Positions 9,218-19,725 are shown, numbered from the stretch's first letter. The stretch: 64,000 nucleotides of DNA from Chlorobiota bacterium (GCA_034670025.1 JAXMOE010000003.1:16708-80707); one strand, 5' to 3'. The notes: generated by a model not told the origin, from the letters alone. Numbers and translations: made by a program.

Positions 9218-10204
9218 CTAACTCAACAGCGAGTAGCTAACCAACAGCTCACCCTTGTCTTTCCATACTATCCAGCCCTTTCCCATTTCCTTCAGTGAGT
9301 CATCAACTAATTTGACGTACGCCCAGTTTTGCTCAATCAATAATGGCTTCATAAAGCTATAATCGACTTCAACAATTGATGATTTATATGATGGTTTTTC
9401 GAATATTTTGTTATTATTCCCACCTCTAAATTCAAGCGAATTGGCAGACAATAGATATTCGGGCAAAGAGGTATAAGTTCCTTTGAATTTATCTATATAC
9501 ATTCGCTTATCTGTTTCCGAATCCACCACCACTTCCATAAAGTCAAACCCAATACTCAGAACTTTGAGTACAATTATCCCATAGTCTAACTTTAGGTGTT
9601 CGGGGTTGAACCACTTCGGTGCATAGTTCGCTTTGGGGTTGCCATATTTATCAATCCCAAACACAACACTGTCCGTAGGTAAATGTTCGGTCAACCCTTT
9701 CTCAGGGTTAATATCTTCGTAAAAATACATTGTTTTGTACTCAAAGTGATTTGGAGTATAATAACCCAAAGCCATTTTCACGCTACTTATGTCATCGGAA
9801 TTAGAAAAAGTAGAAGCCATAACAGGCATAGAGAAAAAGTTAATTGGTGAGGGCGAAGTTGGTTTAGTTCTCTGCCTCATTTCTTTTTCCCTTTCCTGCT
9901 GCTTCAGTTCCTGCCTTTTGGTATAGTTGTGTTGCAAATAGAAAAACGCCCCTATTAGTGCCACCAACAAAACCCAATTTGCCCTAACTATAATTTTCTT
10001 TTCTAATTTTGAGGCAAGAACTAGGGAAAGAATTAGTCCAACTCCTGCCCCAATAATCCCATAGCCGAGCACTATTGCCCCACCTGCTAAGCCCTGTGCT
10101 TTAGCTGCACCAGTTATACCCACAACCAAAACCCCAATTAGGAACGATGCCAAAATCATAAGTGTTACAAATAGGATATTCGGAATAGTAAACTTTTTTT
10201 TCAT
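9218..10204 (-). CDS. Hypothetical membrane protein
   Basis: Three N-terminal hydrophobic helices including GLAGGAIVLGYG, then a soluble domain. Confidence 0.7.
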   Translation of the reverse strand: MKKKFTIPNILFVTLMILASFLIGVLVVGITGAAKAQGLAGGAIVLGYGIIGAGVGLILSLVLASKLEKKIIVRANWVLLVALIGAFFYLQHNYTKRQELKQQEREKEMRQRTKPTSPSPINFFSMPVMASTFSNSDDISSVKMALGYYTPNHFEYKTMYFYEDINPEKGLTEHLPTDSVVFGIDKYGNPKANYAPKWFNPEHLKLDYGIIVLKVLSIGFDFMEVVVDSETDKRMYIDKFKGTYTSLPEYLLSANSLEFRGGNNNKIFEKPSYKSSIVEVDYSFMKPLLIEQNWAYVKLVDDSLKEMGKGWIVWKDKGELLVSYSLLS

Positions 10205-10241
10205 AGTAGTTGCCCCTTTTAATGATTATGTTTTTCTACTT

Positions 10242-10787
10242 TTACTCAATATATTTCATTATAAAAACAGGAAGACTTGCTATATTATAAAACTTCTCAT
10301 CTTCAATCTCTTTTCTTGAAATTTTTACAATGTTAAACCCTGTTGAGAAATCTACACAATCAATCATTATTGAATTAGACCCTTTTTGCATTTCCCTATC
10401 AAACACAATATTTGTACTCATTTCTGTATGACTGGGATAATCAGAGATACTAATTCCAGGTAAACTATCTATATCAGCTCTTAGTTGATTACTTGCTACA
10501 GCAGGGACAATAGAAATTTTGTAACTCCCATTTTCAGAAATAAAAAAATCTACTGTAACAGTTCCACTTTCAAAAGCAGGGTTAGAGTAAACAACAGCTT
10601 CGAAACCAGGTGTAACTTGAAACTCATTCAGAGCAGTGTCACCCAACATTCCAGCAGTTTGCGAATTAACTAAAGTGCGGATAAATCCGTGAACAGTCTC
10701 CAGCTCGTTAGTCTCGGTATTGGTTGGTTCATTATTACAACTAAGAGTAAGTAAGATAAGTGCGAGTAGTAAGGTTGCTTTTTTCAT
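10242..10787 (-). CDS. Hypothetical lipoprotein
   Basis: Lipobox LTLSC after hydrophobic signal. Confidence 0.7.
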   Translation of the reverse strand: MKKATLLLALILLTLSCNNEPTNTETNELETVHGFIRTLVNSQTAGMLGDTALNEFQVTPGFEAVVYSNPAFESGTVTVDFFISENGSYKISIVPAVASNQLRADIDSLPGISISDYPSHTEMSTNIVFDREMQKGSNSIMIDCVDFSTGFNIVKISRKEIEDEKFYNIASLPVFIMKYIE

Positions 10788-10861
10788 TTTAAATTTATAT
10801 TTATTTTTAAAACTATATTCTTAACCTACTAAATTGTTGGGATATAAACTAATTATATAAT

Positions 10862-10899
10862 AAAAATGCTACCCACTATTAAGAAAAGTGAGTAGCATT
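10862..10899 (-). terminator. Intrinsic terminator after the SulP gene
   Basis: AATGCTAC...GTAGCATT hairpin with adjacent A-run (U-run on minus strand). Confidence 0.6.
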
Positions 10900-10924
10900 A
10901 AAGTTAAAAAATAAAGTTTTCTAT

Positions 10925-12523
10925 CTATTCAGCCAAAGCCCTATCAAACTCAGCAACTGGGTCTTCTTTTTGATAAGTACCATTGAGACCAATAACAGAA
11001 ACATTAACATTGATTGTTTTAGCGTGTTCTTTGTAATCATCAATTATCTCAATGACATCGGGGTGAATTGACTTGGTTTTAGTTCCGTCGATTACAATAC
11101 TGGAATCGTTAGGAATCTGATCTAAAGTACGCATAATACCTGCTTTATTTAGGAAGCTAACTTCCTGAGCCAAGTTAAGGACATATTTGTTCTTTGCACC
11201 TTCAGTTTCATTATTTACTTCGTAAGGTGTTTTGTAATTATTCCATAGTATATAAACTACTGCTACTGCTAATCCAAGTGAAATACCAATAAGTAAATCT
11301 GTGAACACTATACCCAATATAGTTACAATAAATGGCAAGAACTCTGCCATGCCCTTATTATACATTTCTTTGAACAAAATAGGTTTAGCCAACTTATAAC
11401 CAACCACAAAAAGTATAGCCGCTAAACTTGCCAAAGGGATAAGGTTCAATATTGTTGGTATAAATACTGCGCAAAGCAATAGCAAGACACCATGTATGAT
11501 AGCAGATAATTTTGTTCTACCTCCAGACTGGATATTGGCAGAACTTCTAACTATAACTTGAGTAATTGGCAACCCACCAATCAGCCCAGATACAATGTTA
11601 CCAACTCCCTGAGCAGTTAGCTCTCTGTTTGTGGGCGTAACCCTTTTTTCTGGGTCTAACTTATCTGTTGCTTCTACACAAAGTAGAGTTTCCAAACTTG
11701 CTACTATTGCAATTGTAAAAGCCGTCATATATATCGCAGGATTGCCAATTTGGCTAAAATCAGGAGTTGTAAATTGACCAAAAAATCCTGAGAATGAGTC
11801 CGAAACTGGTATGCTCACTAACTGTTCTGAAATAAGTGCCAGACTAGGAATATTTTGGAATATTACACCCAATATTATTGATACAGTAACTGCAACTAAA
11901 GGACCTTGTACTAACTTTAGAGCACTAATTTTTTTCATAAAGGGTCTTTCCCAAAGTATTAATATTGCTAACGAAACCGCAGCAATAATCAATGCTCCTG
12001 GAGAAATGAAGTCCATCATAGCAAATATTTCAGAGAAGGTATTTTGACCATCTGGTTGAACAAAGGACAAGTCCCCTTCATAATCAGCATCATAGCCAAA
12101 CGCATGGGGTATTTGTTTTAGGAATATTATTACTCCAATCCCTGCTAACATACCTTTGATAACAGATGAAGGGAAATAGTAACCTATTACACCAGCTTTA
12201 AGTATTCCTAATATTATTTGGAACACTCCAGCTAAGACAACTGCCAGTAGGAATATATCGAAGCTACCCAAATCTTGGATTGCTACTAATACTATTACTG
12301 CTAATCCTGCAGCAGGGCCACTAACACCTTGAGCTGATTTACTTATAGAACCAACTACTATACCGCCAACTATTCCAGCTATAATACCAGAAAAAAGTGG
12401 TGCTCCGGAAGCCAACGCTATACCCAAACAAAGGGGAATAGCCACCAGAAGAACGACTATACTCGCTGGTACATCGGCCTTCAAATTATTTATAAAATCA
12501 TTATTCGAATTCATTTTAATCAC
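10925..12523 (-). CDS. SulP/SLC26-family anion (probably bicarbonate) transporter
   Basis: LVAIPLCLGIALASGAP, VSGPAAGL, ELTAQGVGN, VIVRSSANI; C-terminal STAS-like region. Confidence 0.93.
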   Translation of the reverse strand: MIKMNSNNDFINNLKADVPASIVVLLVAIPLCLGIALASGAPLFSGIIAGIVGGIVVGSISKSAQGVSGPAAGLAVIVLVAIQDLGSFDIFLLAVVLAGVFQIILGILKAGVIGYYFPSSVIKGMLAGIGVIIFLKQIPHAFGYDADYEGDLSFVQPDGQNTFSEIFAMMDFISPGALIIAAVSLAILILWERPFMKKISALKLVQGPLVAVTVSIILGVIFQNIPSLALISEQLVSIPVSDSFSGFFGQFTTPDFSQIGNPAIYMTAFTIAIVASLETLLCVEATDKLDPEKRVTPTNRELTAQGVGNIVSGLIGGLPITQVIVRSSANIQSGGRTKLSAIIHGVLLLLCAVFIPTILNLIPLASLAAILFVVGYKLAKPILFKEMYNKGMAEFLPFIVTILGIVFTDLLIGISLGLAVAVVYILWNNYKTPYEVNNETEGAKNKYVLNLAQEVSFLNKAGIMRTLDQIPNDSSIVIDGTKTKSIHPDVIEIIDDYKEHAKTINVNVSVIGLNGTYQKEDPVAEFDRALAE

Positions 12524-12676
12524 ACATATTTAATACCTAAATCATTGACAAATCACTGATTTTTTTATCAGCAATAATTATAAATCTAAGGCATAATTAA
12601 TAAATACCACAGCTTCACTATCAGAAGTGAGCTATGAACTAATTATTTCATTACTTTCGTATTGTATTAAGGGTTG

Positions 12677-13009
12677 TTAAGCTATGTGCGAAAGCTCTGG
12701 TGGTGGTGTGTGAACTTCAGGATAATGATCCGAATGTTTTTTGTTATAATATATTATTGATTTGATGTTTGATTCATACATTGAGAGAAACTTATACAAA
12801 TCATTTAAGCAAAGAGAACCAATTTTGTTTTTGCCTTTGTGATTTGTTTCGTTTTCTTCTTCATTTATTTCGTTAATAGTTATGTTTGCTTTTACTAATA
12901 ACTCACTGAAATAAGGGTAAGTAGATGTAGAAAGGAATAACATAAGCCCTACTAAGAATAGAGATCCAATCTTAGTTGTTTTGAATATATATGAGCTAAT
13001 ATTATACAT
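12677..13009 (-). CDS. Small hypothetical protein with C-terminal HTPPP motif (possible regulatory leader)
   Basis: N-terminal hydrophobic segment, EINEEENE acidic patch, ends HSDHYPEVHTPPPELSHIA; directly upstream of SulP. Confidence 0.6.
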   Translation of the reverse strand: MYNISSYIFKTTKIGSLFLVGLMLFLSTSTYPYFSELLVKANITINEINEEENETNHKGKNKIGSLCLNDLYKFLSMYESNIKSIIYYNKKHSDHYPEVHTPPPELSHIA

Positions 13010-13161
13010 CTTGATTAATTTTTATAATAATATATTTTATTTATAATTATATCGAAGTCCGAATATAATAAATATTGGACAAACTTTCTTGAATAACGAT
13101 TTATAAACAGATACTATTGCAATGTCAACTACATTTCAGAGTATGCTTAACACTACACAAT

Positions 13162-13195
13162 AAAAAAAAGCTTAGCTACTAAATGTAACTAAGCT
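13162..13195 (-). terminator. Intrinsic terminator after the BlaR1-TonB gene
   Basis: A-run plus AGCTTAG...CTAAGCT hairpin. Confidence 0.65.
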
Positions 13196-13222
13196 GAAAT
13201 TAAATTGAACTTCTTACTTTAC

Positions 13223-14350
13223 CTACTTCGGTAGCTTAAATTTAACAGGTACTTGCACCCAAGCAGCGATTGTTTTGCCACCAACTGTACCTGCTTCCCA
13301 ACTTTCCAAAGTCTTCACAGCTCTTACTGCCTCGTTGTCCAATGCTGTATTGCCTGAGCTATATTCAACTTCTGTATCAGTCTGATTACCTTCGTTATCA
13401 ATTTTTATTTTCACTATAACCCTTCCTTCAACTTTATTTTCATAAGCCGATTTTGGATATTTTATCTCATTTGATAATTCAGCCATCATATTTCCCTTAT
13501 AAGTTGGGACTTTATCTGTGCTTGTTATTTCGTCTGCTATCACCGAATGTGATGTCACAGCACTTATACCGACGGCAAATAGCGTTAGCATTACTCCTGC
13601 CATTATAGATAGAATGTGTTTACTTTTGGAAGTCTTCATTTCTATTCTCCTTTTGTAGTTAATAAAATTATGGTTACTTGTTATTGCAATAACATTTTTA
13701 TTTCTATTTAGAGTTGGAACAATCTCACTGAGTTTATAATTAGCATTGCTATCTACTTGAAACTCATGAGTTGCTTGTAGTTCTTTAGTCATAAGATATG
13801 TAAATGGGTTGAACCAAAATACGATAGAGTATAGATTACTTAGCAGTAAATCATAGTGGTGTTTGTTTGCTATATGTTCCAACTCATGATCTATTAAAAT
13901 TGCTTGATTCTCACTTTTTGCCACCGATATCGTTTGCCAAAAACAAAAGCTCAACCCCTCATTATTCTCATAGATTCTTGTATCATTCTGCACTTTAATC
14001 AATATGCTATTTTTTATTATTCTCTTTATCTTTGTGACACCAACTAACTTGTGAGTCAAGCTAAACACAACACCTACAAGATAGACGATTAGTAGCCAAG
14101 ACACAGTAATTCCCGTTTCAATCACTTTATTTGGTGTGACCAATACTTCAGGTAAGAATGGGATATTCTCCACTATATTGGTTGTGGTTATCCCAAACGA
14201 TGTAAATGAAAGAAACCAAAGTATTGGTATAACTGATAATATATACAGCCTCTTCATATTATAATACTTAGAGCTTCCAAAAAAATACCTTGCTACAATG
14301 TATGCAATTCCAGATAGCAGAGTAAACTCAACTAAATCAAAAACAATCAT
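13223..14350 (-). CDS. BlaR1/M56 metallopeptidase fused to TonB C-terminal domain
   Basis: HELEH zinc motif, WFNPF, HEFQVD; C-terminal IKYPKSAYENKVEGRVIV...LDNEAVRAV. Confidence 0.9.
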   Translation of the reverse strand: MIVFDLVEFTLLSGIAYIVARYFFGSSKYYNMKRLYILSVIPILWFLSFTSFGITTTNIVENIPFLPEVLVTPNKVIETGITVSWLLIVYLVGVVFSLTHKLVGVTKIKRIIKNSILIKVQNDTRIYENNEGLSFCFWQTISVAKSENQAILIDHELEHIANKHHYDLLLSNLYSIVFWFNPFTYLMTKELQATHEFQVDSNANYKLSEIVPTLNRNKNVIAITSNHNFINYKRRIEMKTSKSKHILSIMAGVMLTLFAVGISAVTSHSVIADEITSTDKVPTYKGNMMAELSNEIKYPKSAYENKVEGRVIVKIKIDNEGNQTDTEVEYSSGNTALDNEAVRAVKTLESWEAGTVGGKTIAAWVQVPVKFKLPK

Positions 14351-14718
14351 TTCTTCTCCTCCATCTTCGCTTCTATTATTCTTTTTAGCTCTTCTAACTC
14401 ACTAACTGTCAGCTCATTAGAGTCAGAAAAAAAGCTAACCAGATTTCTATAAGAGTTGTCAAAAAACCTACCCATCATACTTTTCAAATATTCTTTCTTA
14501 TATTCTGGTTCTTTAACTTTAGGATAATATCTGTGCGAGCGACCAAATTGCTCATAGTCAACAAACCCTTTATCTACCAATATCCTTATTAGTGTAGATA
14601 CAGTGTTATAAGCAGGTTTCGGTTCTGGGAACTCTTGTAGTATATCTTGTACAAATGCTTTTTCTAACCGCCAAAGGACAGCCATTATTTCTTCTTCGGA
14701 TTTCGTAAGTTTTTTCAT
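14347..14718 (-). CDS. BlaI/MecI/CopY-family repressor
   Basis: LTKSEEEIMAVLW, PAYNTVSTLIRILVDKGFV. Confidence 0.93.
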   Translation of the reverse strand: MKKLTKSEEEIMAVLWRLEKAFVQDILQEFPEPKPAYNTVSTLIRILVDKGFVDYEQFGRSHRYYPKVKEPEYKKEYLKSMMGRFFDNSYRNLVSFFSDSNELTVSELEELKRIIEAKMEEKK

Positions 14719-14741
14719 ATCAAACTATTTTTTCGTTTATC

Positions 14742-14777
14742 AACTAAGTATTTAGTTATATAACTAATATTTTAGTT
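14742..14777. promoter_or_regulatory. Tandem palindromic operators, probable BlaI autoregulatory sites
   Basis: AACTAA-gtat-TTAGTT (14742-14757) and AACTAA-tatt-TTAGTT (14762-14777) immediately upstream of the BlaI start. Confidence 0.75.
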
Positions 14778-14814
14778 AAAAGTTACAAATTCATTGAAAA
14801 TAGTTTCTTTTCAC

Positions 14815-14851
14815 AAAAAAAAGAGCTCCACAGATTAACTATGAAGCTCTT
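14815..14851 (-). terminator. Intrinsic terminator after the triple-caspase gene
   Basis: A-run plus AAGAGCT...AGCTCTT hairpin. Confidence 0.65.
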
Positions 14852-14878
14852 AAATTGTATTGGTTCTTTCTTTTTTTC

Positions 14879-17800
14879 TTACTCTTTCACTAACTTTATC
14901 GTTCTTAGTCCATTATCTGAAACCATACGACAATAGTAAGTGCCAGAAGGATACTTAGAACCATCTAAGTTAACTGTAGAAGTCCCCTTATTGTACTGAG
15001 TCAAAGGTAGTTTGTCAATCAAAGTACCAGTTAAATCAATAATCTCAATTGAGAAGCTTTCTGATTTTTCTAAAGTAAACTCGAAATGATATAAGTCTTT
15101 GAATGGATTTGGTCCATATTCTACACCGTCAATTAGAAACTTACTGCTTACACTATTGCCTGATTCTTCAACTATTACACCAGCTACCCAATCACTAAAG
15201 TGATCAGTTTTACCACAGAGAACAGTATTATCATTTACATTATGAACGGAAGGATATTGTGGTTTCCAATCATCATTTTCATTCTCTCTCCAGCACATAC
15301 CAATGACTTGCTTAGAGCCGGGGTTTAGATTTTCATATTGATTTCTCAATTGGAAAATCAAGTCAGCTGTAAATGTACCATTTTCAAGATCAGATTTAAT
15401 GGTCCACATTCTATTTCCAGAAAGCTCAATTATACCACTATTTTCATTTTTGTGCTTTCTTTCTTGAACTTCTAAAACTGTCTGAATATCAAAAAATGAA
15501 TCTGCAACAAAGTTTTCTATTCTAACATCATTATCTTTGAAACTGAAAGATTTCTTTTCTGTATCAACAACACCTTTAACTTTTGAAGTAAATGTAGGGC
15601 ATTGAGTAGTATCAACATCCTCGTTTTGTTCTTTTACCCAATCGAAGGCTTCTGCAAATGTTACTTTTTCATCCTCATTTGAATCCGCCTCTGGTTCACC
15701 ATAGCAAGTAAGGAAATAGCGTGTAAATATACCATAACCTTTAACATCATCTACTGAAGTACCAACAAATTCTGCTTCGGATTCCTTTTCACTATTCGAC
15801 GAAGTAACAAGAGTAACATTTGTACTATCAAATTTACCCTCAAGAGCATCTTTTGCTTTACCTGAGAAACATCCATCTAATACAATACAATTATCTGAAG
15901 CACCAATTTTATCTAACTTTGTCATCAGATCATCATAACTTAGCCAATCATCAGTTGAATCTCCAGTACAAATTTTGCCATCGGTTGAGCTATGACCTGA
16001 ATAATAGAAATATACTTTATCATACTTATCTGCCATACCTTCTAAGATAGAACAAATACTATCTTTTCCTATTCCATTCTCCATTCGTATATTGTTAGAA
16101 CCTAACTGCGCACCTAATTTCTCTTTAGTTAAATTATCAGCAAAGTCCTTAACATCACACACAAAAGATTCTTCAAGTAAACTATCTTTTGCATCGAGTC
16201 CCGATATTAAGACAGCACATACACCTTCCTTGTCTGAGCCTTCAACCTCTTCAGTAATTGTACTTTTAGATACTGATTTTATTGATGGCTTGAATCCATG
16301 TATTATTTGTTCATCTAAAAATTTCGATTCTCCATCGGGGCCTTTAGCAACAGGATACCACAAAGCAGGTTGAGTCAGAAACTCTTCATTTTCAGAGTTG
16401 TAAGAAAATAGTATAACATCATGTTCAAATTTGGCCATAGGGTTTAAATCAATCCAACCATAGTACCCTTCAGTAGGCATAGGTGGGAGTTGTAGTTCTG
16501 GTTGAAACATTGGTTGCAAAATCCAATTTGGAGGTAACGGAATTGGATCCCAATAAACTACAGCTCCTTCTGGACTTTGGTCAAATATGGGCTTTGTCAA
16601 AGCTTTTAGCAATTCTAAAATGTCTTTTGTAACTCGAGTATCAGCCTCATAGATTTGAGGGTTTTGAACTTGGTTTATCGAGTCTTTACGATATGTTGGG
16701 TTTTGTTTTCTTACCCAAGCAAATGCTTCATCAAATGTAATTACAGTATCCTTATTAGTATTTGCCAAAGTATCTCTTCCACAAAGGACTAACTTCTCAG
16801 TAAAGAAACTCAAACAAAGTAATTTTGTGGTATCTTTTTTCAATTTGTGCCATATAAATTTTGACTTTTTAGTTGAATCCGAAGATACAATAACTTTTAC
16901 ATCTCTTAGTCCTCTCGTAGGGTCACCTTTTGCAGCACTGAGTGCTTTACCAGCGTAGCAAGCATCAAGTACAGTCACGATTTCCGTTGCATTAGTGCAG
17001 TACAGCTCTTTGAATAACTCTTGATATGTCATCCAATCTTCAGAAAAGTCATTAGTACACATTCTGCCATCTTTGGAACCATGACCTGAATAATAGAAAT
17101 AAATCTTTTTATAATTTTCTTTAAGTTTTTTGATAGCTGCAATTACGTCTTCCCTGCTTCCTTCTGGTATAACTTCAACATTATCTTCAGATAATTCTTG
17201 CCCCCATTTGTTGTTCTGCAATACCCATTTGATATAATCACTGTCTTTCTTTAGTGCATTGGCTTGCTTAGCGTCAACCCCAGTTACAATTATTGCACAA
17301 ACTGAATCTTGCTTTACTGTTGGGCTAGGAATACCTAAATCAATATCTGGTCCTACTTGCACAGGTAATTCGGGCACCTCACCAAACATAACTTGTGGAG
17401 GAATAATCTCTAAAGGGTTAGGATTCCATGGTTCGTCATTGATAATTGGGAACCAATTAACATCGGCTACAATTGGCTCTTCTTCACCTTTTTCAAACAT
17501 AAGATAAGTAACAGGTTTTGAATATTTGCTAAATATATCCCAATCAATCATCACAAAATATAATTCTGATTCGACTGTTTTACTATATTCCTGAGTATCA
17601 AATGTCTGAACCGTTGCGGAAGGGAGTAATTTTTCAGGGAATAAAAATGCCATAGTATTTGTTAAATCAACACTACTATAATTATTTTCTAAAAACTGCT
17701 GAACTAACAACCTTATGTTGTCTATTGTGAATCTTGTATCTACTGTAAACAATTGTGGATTCTGTCCATTGCTCATAGCAGTGTCTAAAGTTTTAGCCCA

Positions 17801-19207
17801 ATCGAAAGCTTCTTTTGGTGATACAACAGTATCTTTGTTTTTATTTGCTAATGAATCTTGAGCACAAAGAACTAAAGCTCTTGAGAATAGACTTTCACAA
17901 TACTTTTTCGTTGTGTCTGCACTTGACCTAAACCAGACTACACTGGATACCTTGTTACTATCGGATGAAGTCAGCACTGTAACTTTTCTGTCTTTCTTTT
18001 TATCAATATCTTCAGCTGATTTTATTGCTTTTCCTGAATAGCAAGCATCTAAGATTACTACTATTTCGTCCGCATCTGTTCCAAATAATTCCTTGAATAA
18101 TTCATCATAAGTCATCCATTCATTCGATGCGTCGTTTGTACACATTTTTCCTTTTTTAGAACCATGGCCTGTGTAATAAAAATAGACTTTTTTATATTTA
18201 GTTTTTAACTCTTCTATCGCAGCTTTGATTTCAGCTTTTGTACCTTTGTCTAATACTTTAATATTATCATCAGAAAGCTCTTCGCCAAGGCCATTCTTTT
18301 GCAACATATATCTAATCCACTTTTTATCTTCATCTAAAGCAGATTGTAAAACACTATCTTTACCAGTAACAATAATTGCACAAACCGAATCTTTTTTTTC
18401 TGTTGGAACTGGCTGAGTAAAATCTATTGGTGGCTCTTCGGAAACAAACTGACCAGGTTGACCATATATCAGTTGATCAGTGCTGAACGGGTCTGGAATC
18501 CATAACTGACCATCTACATAGGGATACCACTCAACATCAAAAAATACGTCTTCCTCTCCTTCAGAAATCAACATATAAGTAACTGGCTTGGAATATTTCC
18601 CATGTATATTCCAATCAATAAATACGAACCATGAATCAGTTTCTAAAGTAGTTTCAAAATCTTCCTGATCAAAAGTCATGATTTCTGTACCAATTGGTAA
18701 AATCTCATGGCCAACATAAGCGTGAGTATTCTCCAATTCTTCTGGTGTATAATTATCCTCTAACATTTCTGCTACACGCATTTCGACCCAATCTCTATCA
18801 AAAGGAGGAATTAAATTAAAAACGTGCTCACCGTTATTGTTAGTTAAGTCTTCGTCGAATTCTTGTTGAGTTCCAATTTCAAGTATATATTCAGTATTCT
18901 CTTCTAACTCTTGAAAATCTAATGATCCGAAGTTGACTATTTCCTTCTGCTCAGGTAGTAGTTCTTGTAATTGCTTCATATCTTGATACATTATCTCTTG
19001 GTCGCTAGTTCTCCTTACTGTTAGTTGAAAAACAATTTGTTGGACAGGGAATTGTTGATGAATGTTTTCAAATTCAATTTGAATCTGAGTTTCATTCCCA
19101 AAGTGTAGTTCTTGTGGGAAGAAATATGTGTTAAACTTTAAATCTCCTCCTATAGCAATTGATGATGCTATAATAGAGAAAATTAAAATAGTAAAGAGCC
19201 TTTTCAT
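14879..19207 (-). CDS. Secreted protease with three tandem clan-CD (caspase/metacaspase-like) domains and T9SS C-terminal domain
   Basis: Signal peptide; YFYYTGHGS/ILDACYSG, YFYYSGHGS/VLDACYAG, YFYYSGHSS/VLDGCFSG; C-terminal YGPNPF...PSGTYYCRM...KLVKE. Confidence 0.85.
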   Translation of the reverse strand: MKRLFTILIFSIIASSIAIGGDLKFNTYFFPQELHFGNETQIQIEFENIHQQFPVQQIVFQLTVRRTSDQEIMYQDMKQLQELLPEQKEIVNFGSLDFQELEENTEYILEIGTQQEFDEDLTNNNGEHVFNLIPPFDRDWVEMRVAEMLEDNYTPEELENTHAYVGHEILPIGTEIMTFDQEDFETTLETDSWFVFIDWNIHGKYSKPVTYMLISEGEEDVFFDVEWYPYVDGQLWIPDPFSTDQLIYGQPGQFVSEEPPIDFTQPVPTEKKDSVCAIIVTGKDSVLQSALDEDKKWIRYMLQKNGLGEELSDDNIKVLDKGTKAEIKAAIEELKTKYKKVYFYYTGHGSKKGKMCTNDASNEWMTYDELFKELFGTDADEIVVILDACYSGKAIKSAEDIDKKKDRKVTVLTSSDSNKVSSVVWFRSSADTTKKYCESLFSRALVLCAQDSLANKNKDTVVSPKEAFDWAKTLDTAMSNGQNPQLFTVDTRFTIDNIRLLVQQFLENNYSSVDLTNTMAFLFPEKLLPSATVQTFDTQEYSKTVESELYFVMIDWDIFSKYSKPVTYLMFEKGEEEPIVADVNWFPIINDEPWNPNPLEIIPPQVMFGEVPELPVQVGPDIDLGIPSPTVKQDSVCAIIVTGVDAKQANALKKDSDYIKWVLQNNKWGQELSEDNVEVIPEGSREDVIAAIKKLKENYKKIYFYYSGHGSKDGRMCTNDFSEDWMTYQELFKELYCTNATEIVTVLDACYAGKALSAAKGDPTRGLRDVKVIVSSDSTKKSKFIWHKLKKDTTKLLCLSFFTEKLVLCGRDTLANTNKDTVITFDEAFAWVRKQNPTYRKDSINQVQNPQIYEADTRVTKDILELLKALTKPIFDQSPEGAVVYWDPIPLPPNWILQPMFQPELQLPPMPTEGYYGWIDLNPMAKFEHDVILFSYNSENEEFLTQPALWYPVAKGPDGESKFLDEQIIHGFKPSIKSVSKSTITEEVEGSDKEGVCAVLISGLDAKDSLLEESFVCDVKDFADNLTKEKLGAQLGSNNIRMENGIGKDSICSILEGMADKYDKVYFYYSGHSSTDGKICTGDSTDDWLSYDDLMTKLDKIGASDNCIVLDGCFSGKAKDALEGKFDSTNVTLVTSSNSEKESEAEFVGTSVDDVKGYGIFTRYFLTCYGEPEADSNEDEKVTFAEAFDWVKEQNEDVDTTQCPTFTSKVKGVVDTEKKSFSFKDNDVRIENFVADSFFDIQTVLEVQERKHKNENSGIIELSGNRMWTIKSDLENGTFTADLIFQLRNQYENLNPGSKQVIGMCWRENENDDWKPQYPSVHNVNDNTVLCGKTDHFSDWVAGVIVEESGNSVSSKFLIDGVEYGPNPFKDLYHFEFTLEKSESFSIEIIDLTGTLIDKLPLTQYNKGTSTVNLDGSKYPSGTYYCRMVSDNGLRTIKLVKE

Positions 19208-19473
19208 AGATTACCTCGAATATTTGTATAAATACGGTTTTCACAACATAATTAAAATAAATTCTGAAAGCAAACCTGCTTAGAGGAATAACCCTATGAA
19301 TAATAATAGATTATATGACTTGTAAAGTAGAGTTATTAAGGTTGTTTTTACATTTGGACAAGTGAAATATATTCACAAATTATATTACGATATGTCGGAA
19401 GTATTGCACACAGAAACCGCCAAATATATACCTGACAACAAAATAGCAAATTAAATAATCGGATTAAGTGTAA

Positions 19474-19695
19474 CTACTTTGCAATTGGGAAGGCATACTT
19501 TTTTAATTTGATAGCAGCATAGCTAAACACAAGCAGGAGAATTACTTTGCCAACCAAATAACCAAATCCGTATTGGGTAAGTCGGCTAAAGTCGAACAGG
19601 AGAATGCTAAGCACGTTAAGCAACAATAGCATAGCAACAACCAGTGTGATGAAGAATGGGATTTTTTTCATAGTAATACTAAGCAAGAGAGTCAA
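19474..19695 (-). CDS. Small membrane protein
   Basis: Two hydrophobic helices; likely start MKKIPFF. Confidence 0.6.
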   Translation of the reverse strand: MTLLLSITMKKIPFFITLVVAMLLLLNVLSILLFDFSRLTQYGFGYLVGKVILLLVFSYAAIKLKKYAFPIAK

Positions 19696-19707
19696 GACGA
19701 CTCTCTT
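19685..19707. terminator. Hairpin downstream of the Bor-like gene
   Basis: Perfect AAGAGAGTC/GACTCTCTT stem. Confidence 0.45.
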
Positions 19708-19725
19708 ACTATATAAAAATATATA

